Origin: Candidatus Omnitrophota bacterium
GTDB lineage: Bacteria > Omnitrophota > Gorgyraeia > Zapsychrales > Fredricksoniimonadaceae
Length of the DNA: 64,000 nucleotides
Direction of reading: 5' to 3'
Assembly (NCBI GenBank): GCA_043742785.1
Contig: JAYTXU010000048.1
Coordinates: 8,951-72,950, forward strand
Shown: piece by piece, positions 61,495-64,000 of the stretch
Position numbering within the stretch: position 1 is the first letter of the stretch
Layout: each line of letters starts with the position of its first letter
Notes under the pieces: generated by a model
Database searches by the model: none
Seen by the model: only the letters and a program-made list of their open reading frames with translations
Told to the model about the DNA's origin: nothing
Translations under genes and position numbers: made by a program

Positions 61495-63147
61495 AAACTC
61501 TTTCGCGCGCTTAATGGCACTATCAATATCTTTAAAAATATTCTCCGTACCTATCACATTAATAAATTCGGATTTCTCAAAAACCATATACGGCTGGGTG
61601 TGAATACCCGAAATAATAAAAGGAATTCCTTTTTTAAGTGAATTCTTGTGCTGTTCACGAAGAGCATTAAGACCTGTCGCATCCAAGGAAAGAACATGGC
61701 GCATGTGAATAATTCTGACCCTTGGCACTCTTCCTGTTGAATTCATCGCCTCCATAAATTTATAAGAAGCACCAAAGAAAAAAGGTCCTTTGATTTCGTA
61801 AACTTCAACACCTTTAGGAACCTGTTTACTTTCAATAGAATTAAGCTCCTCATAGGGGTCTTCTTTATCTTCTAATTCATCACTAATCACACGCACATTG
61901 GTGACTAGAGACATTTGACGCATAAATAAAAACGCTGAGAGAATAACCCCCGCTTGAATAGCTACCGATAAATCAACAATCACGGTCATTAAAAATGTTG
62001 TCCCCAAAACAAGAACATCGCTGCGGGGTCCTTTAAGCAGCATCATAAATGAACGCCACTCACTCATATTATAAGCTACCACCACTAAAATTCCCGCCAG
62101 GCAGGAAAGAGGAATATAAACAACCCACTTGCCTAAAAAAAGCATAATCAGCAACAAAACAATGGCATGCACAATACCTGCAATCGGTGTTCTTCCTCCA
62201 CTATTAATATTAGTGGCTGTACGCGCAATCGCACCGGTCACGGGGATCCCTCCAAAAAGAGGAGTAATCATATTGGCCATCCCTTGAGCAATCAATTCCA
62301 TATTAGACCTGTGCCTGCCCCCCACCATACCGTCAGCCACAACAGCAGAAAGCAAGGATTCAATACCTCCTAAAAGAGTAATCGCAATAATCGGTGATGA
62401 TAACTGTTTGATTGTTTCTAAACTAATATGCGGGAAGCTTGGTTTAGGAAAATTATGAGGAATACTTCCAAAATGACTGCCGATGGTTTCTACAGGCCAT
62501 TTAAAAACCGCTACGATAATAGTCCATAAGATTAACGCAGCCAAAGCCCCTGGCACTTGTTTGATCAATCGTCCCCAAAATATAATAAGGAGAATTGTTG
62601 TTACTGAAATTACTAACGCATAGATATTAAGAGTATTGATATTCAGCCAAAATTGAATCCATTTATAAAAAAAATTAGACGGAACATCTCCCATCTGCAA
62701 ACCTAAGAAATCTTTAATTTCTGAAGAAAAAATAATGACCGCAATCCCGCTGGTGAAACCAACAATCACAGGATACGGCATAAATTTAATCATGGATCCG
62801 ATACGCGCTAAACCTAAAACAATCAGAAAAACCCCTGCTAAAATTGTTGAAACATAAAGACCCTCCATACCGTATTTCTGAACAATTCCATAAATAATAA
62901 CGATAAAGGCTCCGGTAGGTCCTGCAATTTGAACTCGACTTCCACCTAAAACTGCTACAACAAGCCCTCCAATAATAGCTGTAATCAAACCTTTTTCCGG
63001 AGAAACTCCCGAAGCAATAGCAAAAGCAATCGCCAAAGGCAGAGCCACAACACCCACAATGACGCCTGCACCGCAATCTGCAATTAATTGAGATAATGAA
63101 TATTCTTTAAGATTTTCCAGTAAAGAAAAAAACTTAGGCTTAAGCAC
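61486..63147 (-). CDS. SulP-family anion transporter with C-terminal STAS domain
   Basis: I propose the GTG start at 63147 (V/MLKPKFFSLLENLKEYS...AGVIVGVVALPLAIAFAIASGV matches usual SulP N-termini). This removes an 80-nt overlap with the malic enzyme gene. A STAS domain is at the C-terminus. Confidence 0.88.
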   Translation of the reverse strand: MLKPKFFSLLENLKEYSLSQLIADCGAGVIVGVVALPLAIAFAIASGVSPEKGLITAIIGGLVVAVLGGSRVQIAGPTGAFIVIIYGIVQKYGMEGLYVSTILAGVFLIVLGLARIGSMIKFMPYPVIVGFTSGIAVIIFSSEIKDFLGLQMGDVPSNFFYKWIQFWLNINTLNIYALVISVTTILLIIFWGRLIKQVPGALAALILWTIIVAVFKWPVETIGSHFGSIPHNFPKPSFPHISLETIKQLSSPIIAITLLGGIESLLSAVVADGMVGGRHRSNMELIAQGMANMITPLFGGIPVTGAIARTATNINSGGRTPIAGIVHAIVLLLIMLFLGKWVVYIPLSCLAGILVVVAYNMSEWRSFMMLLKGPRSDVLVLGTTFLMTVIVDLSVAIQAGVILSAFLFMRQMSLVTNVRVISDELEDKEDPYEELNSIESKQVPKGVEVYEIKGPFFFGASYKFMEAMNSTGRVPRVRIIHMRHVLSLDATGLNALREQHKNSLKKGIPFIISGIHTQPYMVFEKSEFINVIGTENIFKDIDSAIKRAKEFLG

Positions 63148-63148
63148 G

Positions 63149-64000
63149 TTAATAGAGATCCTTCTCCAAATTTTGATTATCAAATATCTTTTTCTGAGCA
63201 ACCTTAGTTTTATAGGCTGCTTCCTCAACGGCCTTAGTCACTGCTGGAACAACCCTACTGTCAAAGATACTAGGTAATATATATTCTTCACTAAGCTGTT
63301 TACTAGAAATTAAATTTGCCAATGCCTTGGAAGCGGCCAGCTTCATCTCATCATTAATAACCTTAGCACGTACATTTAAAGCTCCTCTAAAAATTCCAGG
63401 AAAAGCCAACGCATTATTGATTTGATTAGGAAAATCAGAACGACCTGTAGCAAAAATCCGGCACAATTTAAAAGCTTCCTGAGGATTAATTTCCGGATCA
63501 GGATTAGCCATAGCAAAAACAATGCAATCCTTTTTCATTTTCTTAATATCTTTGCCAGTCAAGATATTACCTGCTGAAACTCCAATAAAAACATCTGCCC
63601 CGCGTAAGGCCTCTTTCAATGTCGTACTCGATGTTTCCGTCTTCACCGAAAATAAATCTTTGCGTGCTTGGGCTGCATTCTTAGGATCAACAACCACCAC
63701 CGCGCCTTTTGTATTACACCCAATAAGATGCTCAACCCCTGCAGTCAAAAGAATTCGACAGCAAGCAGCTCCTGCAGCACCCAATCCATTAACAACCACT
63801 CGAATTTTCTTAATATCTTTTTTAACAATCTTTAAAGAATTCTGTAATGCTGCCAAAGCAACTATAGCTGTCCCATGCTGATCATCATGCATCACAGGAA
63901 TACCAAGCGTTTGCAATCTTTTCTCAATTTCAAAACAGCGAGGAGCGCTAATATCTTCCAAATTAATTCCTCCAAAGGCAGGAGCTATATGCTGAACTGT
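63149..64000 (-). CDS. NAD(P)-dependent malic enzyme, 5' end outside the window
   Basis: The frame is open to the window edge. FGGINLEDISAPRCFEIE, MHDDQHGTAIV and the Rossmann motif VVNGLGAAGAA are present. The track Met at 63961 is an internal TTG-encoded Leu. Confidence 0.9.
   Translation of the reverse strand, partial: TVQHIAPAFGGINLEDISAPRCFEIEKRLQTLGIPVMHDDQHGTAIVALAALQNSLKIVKKDIKKIRVVVNGLGAAGAACCRILLTAGVEHLIGCNTKGAVVVVDPKNAAQARKDLFSVKTETSSTTLKEALRGADVFIGVSAGNILTGKDIKKMKKDCIVFAMANPDPEINPQEAFKLCRIFATGRSDFPNQINNALAFPGIFRGALNVRAKVINDEMKLAASKALANLISSKQLSEEYILPSIFDSRVVPAVTKAVEEAAYKTKVAQKKIFDNQNLEKDLY

Overview
This is an AT-rich window (roughly 38-40% GC by eye, not computed). It is very gene-dense, with about 58 CDS, mostly on the minus strand, and many 1-20 nt overlaps. 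The gene content points to a diderm bacterium: AsmA-like, BamD, LptE, secretin-domain and RND/OMF genes are all present. I could not recognise any rRNA, tRNA or CRISPR array. Housekeeping blocks are rph-rdgB, the preQ1 pathway queD-queC-queE-queF, murI plus a cell-wall amidase, leuS, speH, thiS-thiG-thiH-thiF, cysK, mnmG, uvrC, murJ, rpsT and bamD-lptE-holA. The accessory or unusual content is as follows. (i) A 1162-aa Cys-rich protein has a Flp/type-IV-pilin-like leader and an internal polyglycine domain. (ii) Immediately after it lies an 838-bp RAYT/IS200-like element bounded by perfect 21-bp hairpin-forming inverted repeats. (iii) An RND efflux operon encodes the inner-membrane pump and the outer-membrane factor as one 1489-aa reading frame, joined through a lipoprotein-signal-like segment. 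(iv) There are GC-rich palindromic mini-elements, one in frame inside leuS and one forming the 5' end of the murI ORF. (v) A LacI-linked glycan-utilisation locus contains a ~125-aa domain I do not recognise, present three times. (vi) There is a stand-alone minimal secretin. (vii) There is a HigBA-like toxin-antitoxin pair. (viii) Several canonical sigma70-type promoters abut start codons, which suggests leaderless mRNAs. All family assignments come from motif recognition in the supplied translations. No database search or structure prediction was possible.
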